Part shown: in pieces, positions 51,895 through 60,569 of the stretch
How positions within the stretch are numbered: position 1 is the stretch's first letter
Layout: the number at the start of each line of letters is the position of its first letter
DNA from: a virus
Virus record (IMG/VR): IMGVR_UViG_3300037780_000074
Direction: 5' to 3' (one strand)
Length of the DNA: 60,569 bases
The notes under the pieces: generated by a model
Databases searched by the model: none
Told to the model about the DNA's origin: nothing
The model's input: the letters and a program-made list of their open reading frames with translations, nothing else
Made by a program: the position numbers and the translations under genes

Positions 51895-53028
51895 TTATTT
51901 TGAGCTGTTTCGATTGAATTTAATTACCTCTTCAATATCCTCAGCACTCATTTTGTTCAAGTAATGTTTTGATTGTGTTTGAATACTATGACCAATTAAC
52001 GAACGTACGACATTATCATTTAATCTATAATCGTTCATCATCTCATTTTCTACTAATTTTCTAATTGCGTGGAATTTAACTTCTTCAACATTTTGAATGT
52101 TGAGCATTTTTCTATAGTTGTTTATATACACTCCCATTGAACCTGATGTTTTGAATCCTAGCAAAGAATTCTCACTCATGAAATATTTACTTTTAAATTC
52201 AAGTATCTCATCTAACAACTCTTTTAGACTTGGGTTGATTGAATAAGGGAATTCTCTCCACTTTTCATTTTTACCATGTATTAAGAGTTTGTTCTTCTGA
52301 ATATGCCAATCTTCCATTTTGAAAACTTCATCCCTTCTCATACCTGTAATACCAATCAACCTTAATGTGTACATTAATCTTAATGCTGCCATTTTACTCT
52401 TTGGCTTGGTGCATTCATTTATATAATTATTAAGTGTCTCTATGTAGTGATTTAATTGGTCTCTTGAGCATATAGTAAATTTGTAATTAGTGTTCTTGAT
52501 TTTCAACCAAGGCTTAATAGGGTTTGATAGTATAATGTCTGACTCTATACCAAAGTTGAAAACTGTTCTTAACTGGGTAAGTGAATTGTTGATAGTGGAG
52601 TCAGAATATCCCTCTTTGAATTTTAAATCTTTTACTCTGGAATCAATATATTTTGTTATCTCAAAAATATCGTTTAGGTAAAAGTCATTATTCTGCATTA
52701 GTAGCTTAATACCATTTATAAATGTAACTTTAGATATTTTTTTTAACCTCGAGAGTTTCAACTCTTTATATTGCAAGAATAATTCAGAGAAAGTATCAAT
52801 TCTATTAGAGTTAATCCCATTCTCTCTTTCAAAATATTCTCTGACTCTCTTGTCCAGAACTTGAATAGCAAACTCTTTGTTTGTTTTGTTCCAGGGTAAA
52901 TTTTTTATTGACTTCCTGTCACCAAATATATATGTATGTATATAGCCGTCCCTCTCAAAACAATATACTCCTTTCTTATAGTCAGGATGGTCCCATCGTT
53001 TTCCTTTTCTCTTTCTAGTCTTTCCCAT
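51895..53028 (-). CDS. int: Tyrosine integrase
   Basis: TGMRRDE (box I Arg), HAIRKLV (H-x-x-R), LIGHSIQTQSKHYL (His and the catalytic Tyr). Confidence 0.85.
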   Translation of the reverse strand: MGKTRKRKGKRWDHPDYKKGVYCFERDGYIHTYIFGDRKSIKNLPWNKTNKEFAIQVLDKRVREYFERENGINSNRIDTFSELFLQYKELKLSRLKKISKVTFINGIKLLMQNNDFYLNDIFEITKYIDSRVKDLKFKEGYSDSTINNSLTQLRTVFNFGIESDIILSNPIKPWLKIKNTNYKFTICSRDQLNHYIETLNNYINECTKPKSKMAALRLMYTLRLIGITGMRRDEVFKMEDWHIQKNKLLIHGKNEKWREFPYSINPSLKELLDEILEFKSKYFMSENSLLGFKTSGSMGVYINNYRKMLNIQNVEEVKFHAIRKLVENEMMNDYRLNDNVVRSLIGHSIQTQSKHYLNKMSAEDIEEVIKFNRNSSK

Positions 53029-53425
53029 CTTTAGTTTTTTCTTTCAGTTTCTTAGCAAGTAGTTTAATGTATTCATGAGTTTCTTCATCTTCAGCTACAT
53101 TACTCTCATCTGTAAAAAAAGATAATAAAGTGTTAAGTGTGTCCGGAAACCAACTAAAGTCATTTAATAATTGAGGAACTGCAAAGTGTCTTTCTATATA
53201 TGAAAGTGTCGGAAATATAATTTCATAATCTAGTGAGCACTCATATAATGTTTGAAGTTCTAATAAGCAGAATTTATAAAAATTCTCAGTGTGTTCGAAA
53301 AGTGCATTGTATTCAATAATAGCCTGTTCTGCAGTTATATCTTCATTAGAAAACACAACACGTTCAGCAATTCTTAAGCATCTAACTCTAAGTCTGAACT
53401 CAATTTTTCTTTCCAGCTGGAGCAT
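53015..53425 (-). CDS. Hypothetical protein in the lysogeny module
   Basis: 136-aa ORF between the repressor and the integrase. Confidence 0.5.
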   Translation of the reverse strand: MLQLERKIEFRLRVRCLRIAERVVFSNEDITAEQAIIEYNALFEHTENFYKFCLLELQTLYECSLDYEIIFPTLSYIERHFAVPQLLNDFSWFPDTLNTLLSFFTDESNVAEDEETHEYIKLLAKKLKEKTKDGKD

Positions 53426-54158
53426 AGTCCTTTATAACCTTTTTTACTATTCCAAAAATTATAAAATCTTCCATATCACCTAACTTTATATCTTTCACAC
53501 CAACGGAATCAGACTTTAGGATAATACTCCCATTCTTTTGATGAACAAGGTGCTTAACGATCGGCATTCCATTCAGAGCACCAACAATGGTGCAATCATA
53601 GTTTGGCTTATTAGTACACACCTCAAATATTATTATGTCACCAGAATTAACTCCTGCATCTTGCATAGAGTCACCATTAACATAGATTGCATCATGAGAC
53701 TTTTCATCAATACTCATGCCTAATGCTAAAGGCATATATGTAGTAGGTAAATCATTAAGGTCTGTTAATGTACCTGTAGCAGCACTTGCACTCATAATGT
53801 GAAGCTTAATGTTTGCGAGCATACCTTGAAATTCTTTTGGTATTCTATATACCTCTTCTTTGTATTTTTCATGTGTATCTTCTACTCTATTATTGAATAT
53901 GTCCTTCTTCTTACCAGAACCTCTAACTGGTAAGTTTTCTAATACGGCTGGTTCACCAACCCCATGAAGATACCATTCAATATTTATACCAGTTTTACTC
54001 AGTCTGTTCAAAGAAGACTTATTAGTATAAACTCTATCAGTATTTAAATATGTATTTAATGTAGATGGAGTCACTCCTAGAGTGTCTGCAAAATGAGTCA
54101 GATTATTATAGTAATCCTCAATGAACTGTCTTAATCTTTCCTGCGGTGTGTCTGCCAT
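53400..54158 (-). CDS. CI/LexA-like repressor (HTH plus S24 peptidase)
   Basis: N-terminal HTH (LTHFADTLGVTPSTLNTYL). C-terminal YVNGDSMQDAGVNSGDIIIFE ... IVKHL (Ser and Lys of the S24 family). Confidence 0.85.
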   Translation of the reverse strand: MADTPQERLRQFIEDYYNNLTHFADTLGVTPSTLNTYLNTDRVYTNKSSLNRLSKTGINIEWYLHGVGEPAVLENLPVRGSGKKKDIFNNRVEDTHEKYKEEVYRIPKEFQGMLANIKLHIMSASAATGTLTDLNDLPTTYMPLALGMSIDEKSHDAIYVNGDSMQDAGVNSGDIIIFEVCTNKPNYDCTIVGALNGMPIVKHLVHQKNGSIILKSDSVGVKDIKLGDMEDFIIFGIVKKVIKDYAPAGKKN

Positions 54159-54183
54159 AAATAGAACCTAATTATTAGAAAAA

Positions 54184-54264
54184 TACGAAAAATTTTATGA
54201 AAATATTTGTTTTTCATAAATTAATTATTAAATTCGTAAAGATAATACGATAATGATACGAAAA
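54184..54264. promoter_or_regulatory. Candidate operators in the divergent immunity control region
   Basis: 10-bp perfect inverted repeat tttatgaaaa/ttttcataaa (54194-54203/54211-54220). tacga(a) is repeated at 54184, 54246 and 54257, and in inverted form as ttcgta at 54234-54239. Confidence 0.5.
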
Positions 54265-54287
54265 TTATTAACAAAGCGAGATTCAAA

Positions 54288-54497
54288 ATGCCAAACTATA
54301 TGATAAAATCAGTAACCTTAGACCCTGATATATTCAACTATATCTGTGATACAGTAGATGGTAAAGACGATGAGAGAAAGAGTTTTTCAGCCGCAGTCAA
54401 CTATCTAATAAAGTCACAAATAGCCTTAAAGAATGAATTAAAGAATCTAAAGGAAGAACTTATAATTAAAAATGACAAAGAACCTGCAGGAATCTAA
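54288..54497 (+). CDS. Ribbon-helix-helix-like small protein (Cro analogue by position)
   Basis: First gene divergent from the repressor. KSVTLDPDIFNYI beta-strand-then-helix pattern. Confidence 0.45.
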   Translation: MPNYMIKSVTLDPDIFNYICDTVDGKDDERKSFSAAVNYLIKSQIALKNELKNLKEELIIKNDKEPAGI

Positions 54498-54569
54498 TTA
54501 AAGAAAATTAGAAATGCAAAGTAAAATTAATACACATTTTAAGAAAAATAAGAAAATCTATATTAAAAC

Positions 54570-54776
54570 ATGAAAGTGACAATAAAGAAAAATGATAGAA
54601 AACAAAAGTCTGTAAGGCTCAACGAAGATGAAAGAAGAGATTTGCACACAGTAGCAAAATGTGTACTTGGTAAGACTGAGTCCGATGCAGTTGCAATCAT
54701 CTTTTCTGAAATAGCAAAAGAGTATAGAAAGAATAAAGATTCTAAAGAATTGATAATAAAAATAGAAATGGGATAA
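54570..54776 (+). CDS. Ribbon-helix-helix-like small protein
   Basis: KSVRLNEDERRDLHTVAK. Confidence 0.4.
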   Translation: MKVTIKKNDRKQKSVRLNEDERRDLHTVAKCVLGKTESDAVAIIFSEIAKEYRKNKDSKELIIKIEMG

Positions 54777-54861
54777 CTCTGGAAAGTTACCCCATTAAAG
54801 AGTTGCATAGAGTATGAGGCTCTATTGCCATGTAAATTCACAACAAATATAAGGAGAAGTT

Positions 54862-55143
54862 ATGGAACTTCAAAATTATTTCGCGCAAGTCGGCATGAGA
54901 AAGAAAGTGAAAGATGTCGCAAAGTATATAGCTGAGGAAGTCCGTCCGGATGAAAGAGATGAAGCTCTCTTTGCTATATTCTTAGAAGTAGAGGATGTTC
55001 TAAAGAAAAAGGGTGACTCATTTTCATCCCAATTTACCTGTTCTGAACTGTTAGAGAAATTATTTGATAAATCAAGAGATGGGAGATACCTAGTCGCAGT
55101 TAAAGATGGTTCTTCTGTGAAACTAATGAATCAACATGTCTGA
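54862..55143 (+). CDS. Hypothetical protein
   Basis: ORF of 93 aa. Confidence 0.5.
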   Translation: MELQNYFAQVGMRKKVKDVAKYIAEEVRPDERDEALFAIFLEVEDVLKKKGDSFSSQFTCSELLEKLFDKSRDGRYLVAVKDGSSVKLMNQHV

Positions 55144-55405
55144 AAATGAAGAACTATATAGACTGCTAAGTATACCTGAGGCACAGGAAAAGTTCAAGAT
55201 AAGTAGAAAAGAACTTAACCTATGTTTTCAAAGAGGTTTGAAGTTCCAAAGGGTTGGAACTAGGAAAAAAGTGTGTCTTAGATGGTGGATAGACTATTTA
55301 GAAAGTGATAGTAAAAACAGACAATTACACAGTTCAGTCCGAACAAAGAAACGTGGCCATTTTAAAATGGACTCAAAAACAAAACAATCAATTTATTCAA
55401 TATAG
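55136..55405 (+). CDS. HTH DNA-binding protein (excisionase-like)
   Basis: LLSIPEAQEKFKISRKELNLCFQRGLKFQRVGTRKKV. Confidence 0.4.
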   Translation: MSENEELYRLLSIPEAQEKFKISRKELNLCFQRGLKFQRVGTRKKVCLRWWIDYLESDSKNRQLHSSVRTKKRGHFKMDSKTKQSIYSI

Positions 55406-55415
55406 AGGAAAGAAA

Positions 55416-56444
55416 ATGTCATTAAATATTATTAACGCAAATGATGAAATTAAAATAAATAGAATAGTGGGATTACTTTATGGTTTCCCAGGTAGTGGTA
55501 AAACATCTACTGCTAATACTTCAAACAATCCTATAACATTAGATTTTGACAATGGCTCTCACCGTTCAGGATTTAGAAAAGATGTTATTAGAATTGACAG
55601 ATGGGAAGATATTCAATCTGATATGAAGCAATTCTTCAAAGTGATTGACAAGTACGATACAGTAATAATAGATACAATCTCGACATGTTTGGAATATATA
55701 GGTGAGTATATAGTAAGAAATGACCCAAAATTGGGTAGAAATAAGTTAAGATTTTACGGTGAATTAAAAGATGTCTTTGGAAAGTTTGTTCAATCATTAA
55801 AAACAAATGGTAAAGACTTAATATTCATTGCTCAAGTCAAAGAAAAAGAAGAAAACGGTGTATCAATTAAGCGACCTGATATCACTGGTGGTTCTTACGA
55901 TATAGTTACTTCACTATGTGACTTCATAGGATATCAATATTATAAGGACAAGATAAGAGAGTTAGACTTTGACCCAACAGAGGAATACATTGGTAAGAAC
56001 CCAATGAGTTTTGACAAGATTGACTTACCTAACTTCGCTACTGAGCCAGACTTCTTCACTCATAGAGTTGAGGAAATCAAAGAAAGGTTAGGTAACATCT
56101 CACAAGAACAAAAAGATGCAGCTGACACAGTCAAAAATCTAATATTAGAAATTAAATCCGTAAAATCAGTAGATGATCTAAACACAGTAGTTTCTGATAT
56201 AACTAATGCAGACTATCCAAAAGCTATTACCGCTCAGCTCAGAGAATCAATATCAAACAAGATGAAAGAGATAGATGCTCACTTAAACAAAGAAACTGGT
56301 AAATACGAGTTGAATGTCAAAGAAGAACCTAAGCCTAATAAAGAAAAGAAATCTACTAAACCTAAAGCAGAAAAAGCACCTGAGGAAAAGAAAGAGGTAG
56401 AAGAAGTAGCTGAGTCTGAAAAAGAAGAGGAGCCATTGTTTTGA
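55416..56444 (+). CDS. Sak4-like / AAA_24 RecA-fold ATPase
   Basis: Walker A GLLYGFPGSGKTSTA, Walker B YDTVIIDTIS. The ATG at 55416 is preferred to the track start at 55305. Confidence 0.6.
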   Translation: MSLNIINANDEIKINRIVGLLYGFPGSGKTSTANTSNNPITLDFDNGSHRSGFRKDVIRIDRWEDIQSDMKQFFKVIDKYDTVIIDTISTCLEYIGEYIVRNDPKLGRNKLRFYGELKDVFGKFVQSLKTNGKDLIFIAQVKEKEENGVSIKRPDITGGSYDIVTSLCDFIGYQYYKDKIRELDFDPTEEYIGKNPMSFDKIDLPNFATEPDFFTHRVEEIKERLGNISQEQKDAADTVKNLILEIKSVKSVDDLNTVVSDITNADYPKAITAQLRESISNKMKEIDAHLNKETGKYELNVKEEPKPNKEKKSTKPKAEKAPEEKKEVEEVAESEKEEEPLF

Positions 56445-57124
56445 TAAAGATTTCAGTATCAGTACTAGACGCATTTAATAAGTATATAAATGAACATCAA
56501 AAGCTTAGTGGTGATTTGATATATCCAGATGGAGATAGTTTTCTAGAATACTTTGATAAGGAATTCAAACAGACAGTTGACATGCAATATGGTTCTGCAG
56601 TAGATGCTATAATTGAAAATCCAGAGAAATACTGGAGTCCTGAACATCAGGAATATATCTACGATGGGATTGCATTTCCGAATGATTACATCAATAGCAT
56701 TTCGCAATTCTTTGATTACTCATTCCCATTTCAAGTTAATGGAAGCACCATCTTTAAGATAGGTGATACAGAAGTACTCCTATCTGCTAGGGTGGACCAG
56801 TTGCACGGAATGGAAGTAGTTGAATTCAAAACGGTCTGGTCATCATACTTATATGAGAAATTCGCAAAGTCTATGCAGTGGAAGTGTTATAATATCATAT
56901 TTGAAACTCCTAGGACAAAATACATAGTTGCTGTTTCTAAAAGGAGTGCAGGTGGTGAAGTGAAACTAAAACAAATACATCAATTCTATCTGTATCATTC
57001 AGAAGAGAATTTATTAGAAGTGAGTCAGTTACTTTCTCAATTAGTTGACTTCCTAAAATCAAAGAATCGATTAAATGAAATGGAGATTAAATATGACAGA
57101 AGCAAGTCCAAGGAAACTGCCTAA
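56441..57124 (+). CDS. PD-(D/E)xK (RecB/Cas4-like) nuclease
   Basis: RVDQLHGMEVVEFKT (D...ExK) and MQWKCYNI (QxxxY). Confidence 0.6.
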   Translation: MIKISVSVLDAFNKYINEHQKLSGDLIYPDGDSFLEYFDKEFKQTVDMQYGSAVDAIIENPEKYWSPEHQEYIYDGIAFPNDYINSISQFFDYSFPFQVNGSTIFKIGDTEVLLSARVDQLHGMEVVEFKTVWSSYLYEKFAKSMQWKCYNIIFETPRTKYIVAVSKRSAGGEVKLKQIHQFYLYHSEENLLEVSQLLSQLVDFLKSKNRLNEMEIKYDRSKSKETA

Positions 57125-57281
57125 ATACTTTGTAGTCTCACATGTAACTCATAGTCCCAAAGTAGCAAAACATTACACAGTTAAAAGTGGAATAGTTGAA
57201 AGGGAAGTAAAAGGGTATTATGACATGAGACCCATAAATATGATGGACATAATCTACAGAGTAAAAAAAGAGTACGCATAG
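57093..57281 (+). CDS. Hypothetical small protein
   Basis: The ATG at 57093 is preferred to 57075. Overlaps the upstream gene. Confidence 0.35.
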   Translation: MTEASPRKLPKYFVVSHVTHSPKVAKHYTVKSGIVEREVKGYYDMRPINMMDIIYRVKKEYA

Positions 57282-57403
57282 ACTCAGTAGAGGACGCAGA
57301 GAACTTAGCAGTAAAAATGATTGAAAGTGATAAAGAAATAGCCATTGATGCTCTGGAAACATCAGTGAAATTATTAAAATTAAATTAAGAGGTAATTGAA
57401 GCC

Positions 57404-58690
57404 ATGCAAATTCAAAAAATCAAAATCAATTCCGTATTGGGAATTGAGAATATAGAAATCTTCCCTGGTAAGATTAATAAAATATCAGGAAAAAACGGCA
57501 GAGGGAAAACATCATTCATTGAGGCAATCAAAACTGCTCTAGGTGGTGGAAACGATGCTGAGCTGATTCACAAAGGAAGTGATGAGGGAGAAGTTGTTAT
57601 CATATTTGACAATAACATGCATCTTAAAAGAAGAATCCGTGGTCCCAAAAGAGGAGTGATTGAACTTCATGATGGAGAGGGTAGAGAATTAAAAGCACCA
57701 CAAAAGGAACTGAATAAACTATATGATGCTATTGCAGTTAATCCAGTTGAGTTTATCAACGTCAAGGATAAGGAAAGAGTTGAATTACTACTCGAAGCTC
57801 TGCCTGTAGATCTAGAATTGAATGAATTACTTAAGCATATCTTATGTGATATAGACTTATTAGGAGTTACATCAGACAACCGCGAAGATTTGCAGAAAGT
57901 ATATGATTCTAAATATACAAATACATTAGAATTCATTGATGATATAATCAGCCAAATAGCAGATGAGAGAAGGTTTGTGAAACGCTCATTAGATGAAGCA
58001 AAAGCATCTATTAAACCACTCAAAGAGTCAATTGTTGAACTTGATGTAGATGCAGATGAGACTAAAGAAGAGATATCAAAGATTGATGAACTTCTTGAAA
58101 AAGCATCAAATCAATATCAGTCTCAAGTAAGTGCTATTGAATCTAAATTTCAGGAAGAAATTGAACAATTAAGACAGAAGAAGGACTCTAAAAAAGAAGA
58201 GATAAAGGATAGGTTCAATGAGTTTAAGAACAGTAAAACCAACGAAAGAACAAGTTTGCAAGAAAGACTTGATACTTCAGCCGCACTTTTAAAAACCAAA
58301 GAGGAGATAGAAAACCAAGAAAAGAAAGCAAAGAAGTATGAAACTATATGGGAAGCTACTGATACTTCAATTAGGAGCCTGAGAGAATACAAAACCACAT
58401 TATTGAATTCGATACCAATTGATGGATTAGAACTGAAAGATGGTGTTATCTACAGAAATGATATTCCTTACTCTAAACTTAACAAAGCACAACAACTTGA
58501 AATAGCCATTGAAGTTGCTAAACTGAGAACAAAGGATATTGGAATTATCTGTGTCGATGGTATAGAGATATTGGATTCAGAAAGTCAGAAAGTATTGTTC
58601 AACAAATTTAAAGATTCAGATATTCAATTCTTCCTCACAGAAGTTACTGACGGGGAAGAGTTAAATATTGCTACTACGGAGGAGAAATGA
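57404..58690 (+). CDS. SMC/Rad50/RecF-like ATPase
   Basis: Walker A GKNGRGKTSFIEAIKTALGG, a central coiled coil, and C-terminal Walker B/D-loop IICVDGIEILD. Confidence 0.7.
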   Translation: MQIQKIKINSVLGIENIEIFPGKINKISGKNGRGKTSFIEAIKTALGGGNDAELIHKGSDEGEVVIIFDNNMHLKRRIRGPKRGVIELHDGEGRELKAPQKELNKLYDAIAVNPVEFINVKDKERVELLLEALPVDLELNELLKHILCDIDLLGVTSDNREDLQKVYDSKYTNTLEFIDDIISQIADERRFVKRSLDEAKASIKPLKESIVELDVDADETKEEISKIDELLEKASNQYQSQVSAIESKFQEEIEQLRQKKDSKKEEIKDRFNEFKNSKTNERTSLQERLDTSAALLKTKEEIENQEKKAKKYETIWEATDTSIRSLREYKTTLLNSIPIDGLELKDGVIYRNDIPYSKLNKAQQLEIAIEVAKLRTKDIGIICVDGIEILDSESQKVLFNKFKDSDIQFFLTEVTDGEELNIATTEEK

Positions 58691-59772
58691 TTAACTTTTT
58701 TGATGTAAACTTTGATAGAATAATTGTACATAAAATTATCCCAAAGACACCAGATACAGATGCAGGAAATGTTCTTAGATCAGAAACCTTAGTAGATGTT
58801 CCAATAGGTACATTACAAACAATTCAAGATAGGTTATACGATGCTTCTATGTCTCAAAAATATTTTCAATTAGCTATTGAAGATAGCACTGAGTCAGGAT
58901 TCTATGGTATTGTTAAAAACTTACATAATCATAATGATGAGATGTTCATTAAAAATACTGGTGATGTAGCAGAGCTGTTAGCACAATCACTAAAAACAAG
59001 TTCAATATCAGGTGGATATTTGGTCCTATTACAAGGTATGACTGATAGGACTAACAAGAAAGTAATTGTGGCCATAAAAGCCGAAATGCATAATGCTATG
59101 TCAATGAATAATAATACTATCAAATTGATTCAAGATGTGTTTCTATCCCCATCGAAGAAGTTCCTAAAGTTTGGTTTATTATTCGAATATAATGCACCTC
59201 AAAAAGAAGAGTTCGAGGAAATGGAATATCCAAACGATACATGGGGAGCATTCATATTTGACCAGCAATTCAAACCTAACTCATCATTAGCAGAGTATTT
59301 CTTTAGAGACTTCCTAGGATTCACAACTGAATTCAATGGAAAGATTCAATCTCATAGGTTCTATAAAGATACTGAAAAGTTCATATTAGATAATATTATA
59401 GATCTGAATGAAAAAACTGATATGCTAAAGTTACTAGACTATGAGTTCACTCAGAACAACCAGGAAATAGATTTATCTCCTAAAGAGTTTGCTGACTCCT
59501 ATATCCATGATGAGAAGCTTAATAAAGATTACAAGGATGATGTATCTGATTATCTCCCTCCTGTAATTGAGAAAGATTCAACATTGATAAGGAACCCTTT
59601 ATTCAATAAGAAAGTTTTCTTTCCAAATGGAATTAAGGTGACTGGCTCTAAGGATGCCATAGAAGCTAATGTAGAAATCATTCAGACACAAGAACAGCTA
59701 TCAGAACTCTCAACTCTTCAGGAAGGATATACTATAGTGAAGATTAAAGGAAAACCTTATAGAGATAATTAA
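58687..59772 (+). CDS. NA37/YejK (NdpA)-like nucleoid-associated protein
   Basis: FDRIIVHKII, ISGGYLVLLQG...VIVAIKAEM and EYFFRDFLGF parallel the conserved blocks of E. coli YejK as recalled. ATGA overlap with the ATPase gene. Confidence 0.55.
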   Translation: MINFFDVNFDRIIVHKIIPKTPDTDAGNVLRSETLVDVPIGTLQTIQDRLYDASMSQKYFQLAIEDSTESGFYGIVKNLHNHNDEMFIKNTGDVAELLAQSLKTSSISGGYLVLLQGMTDRTNKKVIVAIKAEMHNAMSMNNNTIKLIQDVFLSPSKKFLKFGLLFEYNAPQKEEFEEMEYPNDTWGAFIFDQQFKPNSSLAEYFFRDFLGFTTEFNGKIQSHRFYKDTEKFILDNIIDLNEKTDMLKLLDYEFTQNNQEIDLSPKEFADSYIHDEKLNKDYKDDVSDYLPPVIEKDSTLIRNPLFNKKVFFPNGIKVTGSKDAIEANVEIIQTQEQLSELSTLQEGYTIVKIKGKPYRDN

Positions 59773-59785
59773 TATAGGATAATCG

Positions 59786-60569
59786 ATGAAACTAAGAGAT
59801 TATCAGGAGCAAGCAAAAAAGAAAATAAGAGAATCGTTCCAAAAGGGTAATAGGAGTGTCATGCTCCAATTACCCACAGGAGCAGGTAAGACGGTATCGT
59901 TTGTTAATATAGCTAAAGACGTAATTGATAAAGGTAGAAGTGTTCTTATACTCGTTCATCGACTTGAATTAATTAAACAGACGTTTGAAAAGTGTGCAAG
60001 GCATAACCTACAAGTATCTGTTATTCATAGTGACTTTGTTTATAAGAAATATTGCAAACTTCAAATTGCATCTGTGGCCACTTTAGCAAATAGAGTAAGA
60101 AGTTCTAAATCAAAATCATTACCTGAGGATATAGACTTAATTATAATTGATGAAGCTCATCATGCTACAGCTAATAGTTGGAGAGATATAATAAAGTTCT
60201 ATCCTGAGGCAAAGATACTAGGAGTAACAGCTACACCAGTTCGTTCAAATGGTGAAGGGTTTGAAGATCTATTTGATGACTTAGTAGTAGGAGTAACACC
60301 CAAATATCTAATTGAAAAAGGTTATTTAGCAAAGCCAAAGCTATTTGTAAATAAACTAAGATTTGATTTATCTAAAGTTAAAGTTAAATCTACTGGCGAT
60401 TACAACGAAAGAGACTTAGTAAATAGTTATGAGCAGTCTACCACCTATGGAGATTTGATTAAGACATGGAGAGACAAAGCTAATGACATGAAAACTGTTG
60501 TGTTTGGAATAAATATAGATCATGTCAAAAAAATAGTAAATGCATTCAATGAAGAAGGAATACCTGCAG
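59786..60569 (+). CDS. SF2 (DEAD/DEAH-type) DNA helicase, N-terminal half; continues at base 128 after circular closure
   Basis: ATG at 59786, open to the window end. Motif I LPTGAGKT, motif II IIIDEAHHA, motif III GVTATP. Absent from the ORF track because there is no stop in the window. Confidence 0.85.
   Translation, partial: MKLRDYQEQAKKKIRESFQKGNRSVMLQLPTGAGKTVSFVNIAKDVIDKGRSVLILVHRLELIKQTFEKCARHNLQVSVIHSDFVYKKYCKLQIASVATLANRVRSSKSKSLPEDIDLIIIDEAHHATANSWRDIIKFYPEAKILGVTATPVRSNGEGFEDLFDDLVVGVTPKYLIEKGYLAKPKLFVNKLRFDLSKVKVKSTGDYNERDLVNSYEQSTTYGDLIKTWRDKANDMKTVVFGINIDHVKKIVNAFNEEGIPA
60443..60569. repeat. Right copy of exact 127-bp terminal direct repeat
   Basis: Identical to bases 1-127. 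Confidence 0.95.

Noticed and set aside
1-60569. Searched for CRISPR arrays, reverse-transcriptase-based elements (DGR, retron) and transposase or IS elements.
   Set aside because: I saw no regularly spaced direct repeats and no ORF with RT (YxDD) or DDE transposase signatures. The only repeats are the terminal overlap and the short junction or operator motifs listed above.
60443-60569. The 127-bp end repeat read as a physical direct terminal repeat of the virion DNA.
   Set aside because: It falls in the middle of an essential helicase ORF and has a length typical of an assembler overlap. Without read data it cannot be taken as a packaging terminus.

Overview
The window is a complete, visibly AT-rich genome of a temperate tailed phage. 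Bases 1-127 are repeated exactly at 60443-60569, and an SF2 helicase ORF reads in frame across that junction, so the unique sequence closes into a 60,442-bp circle.

All function calls come from motifs read in the translated ORFs and from gene order. No database search was possible.

Layout:
- **59786 -> 3062 (+), replication:** SF2 helicase, DUF4373-like initiator and DnaB-like helicase.
- **3128-5533, accessory island:** an HsdR_N-type nuclease-like protein, a secreted protein and an oppositely oriented Kv-type K+ channel with a TVGYGD filter.
- **5726-21960 (+), small early/middle genes:** about 50 genes. They include a Mor-like activator, tRNA-Met(CAT), an atypical 113-nt tRNA-like element, a RadC-like / very acidic protein / orphan N6-MTase trio, a MazG-like protein and an HNH endonuclease. 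Several gene-junction sequences are repeated.
- **32368 -> 21957 (-), packaging and head operon:** it opens with an unusual six-gene cluster of ParB-like, PP-loop (PAPS-reductase-like), YkgJ-like and cupin proteins. It continues with TerS, TerL, a Mu gp29-like portal, a MuF/SPP1-gp7-like protein and a MuG-like protein.
- **32544-51672 (+), structural operon, divergent from the previous one:**
  - Head genes: a Mu I-like protease/scaffold, a decoration protein, a lambda E-like capsid protein and connectors.
  - Lysis genes: an embedded holin and an M15 endolysin.
  - Tail genes: a BspA-type LRR tail fibre, tail proteins, G/GT chaperones with a T_TTT_TTA -1 frameshift site and a 1791-aa tape measure.
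- **51671-55405, lysogeny module:** candidate attP, tyrosine integrase, S24 CI-like repressor, RHH Cro-like proteins and an Xis-like HTH protein.
- **55416-59772 (+), recombination module:** a Sak4-like ATPase, a PD-(D/E)xK nuclease, an SMC-like ATPase and an NA37-like protein.

The best candidate for an undescribed system is the ParB-like / PP-loop / YkgJ / cupin cluster at 28036-32368. It resembles DndB/DndC or IbrB/IbrA and may modify DNA. Other notable items are the phage-borne voltage-sensor K+ channel, the tRNA-like element with no canonical anticodon arm, and a TTCGTAAA-type motif shared by three early control regions.
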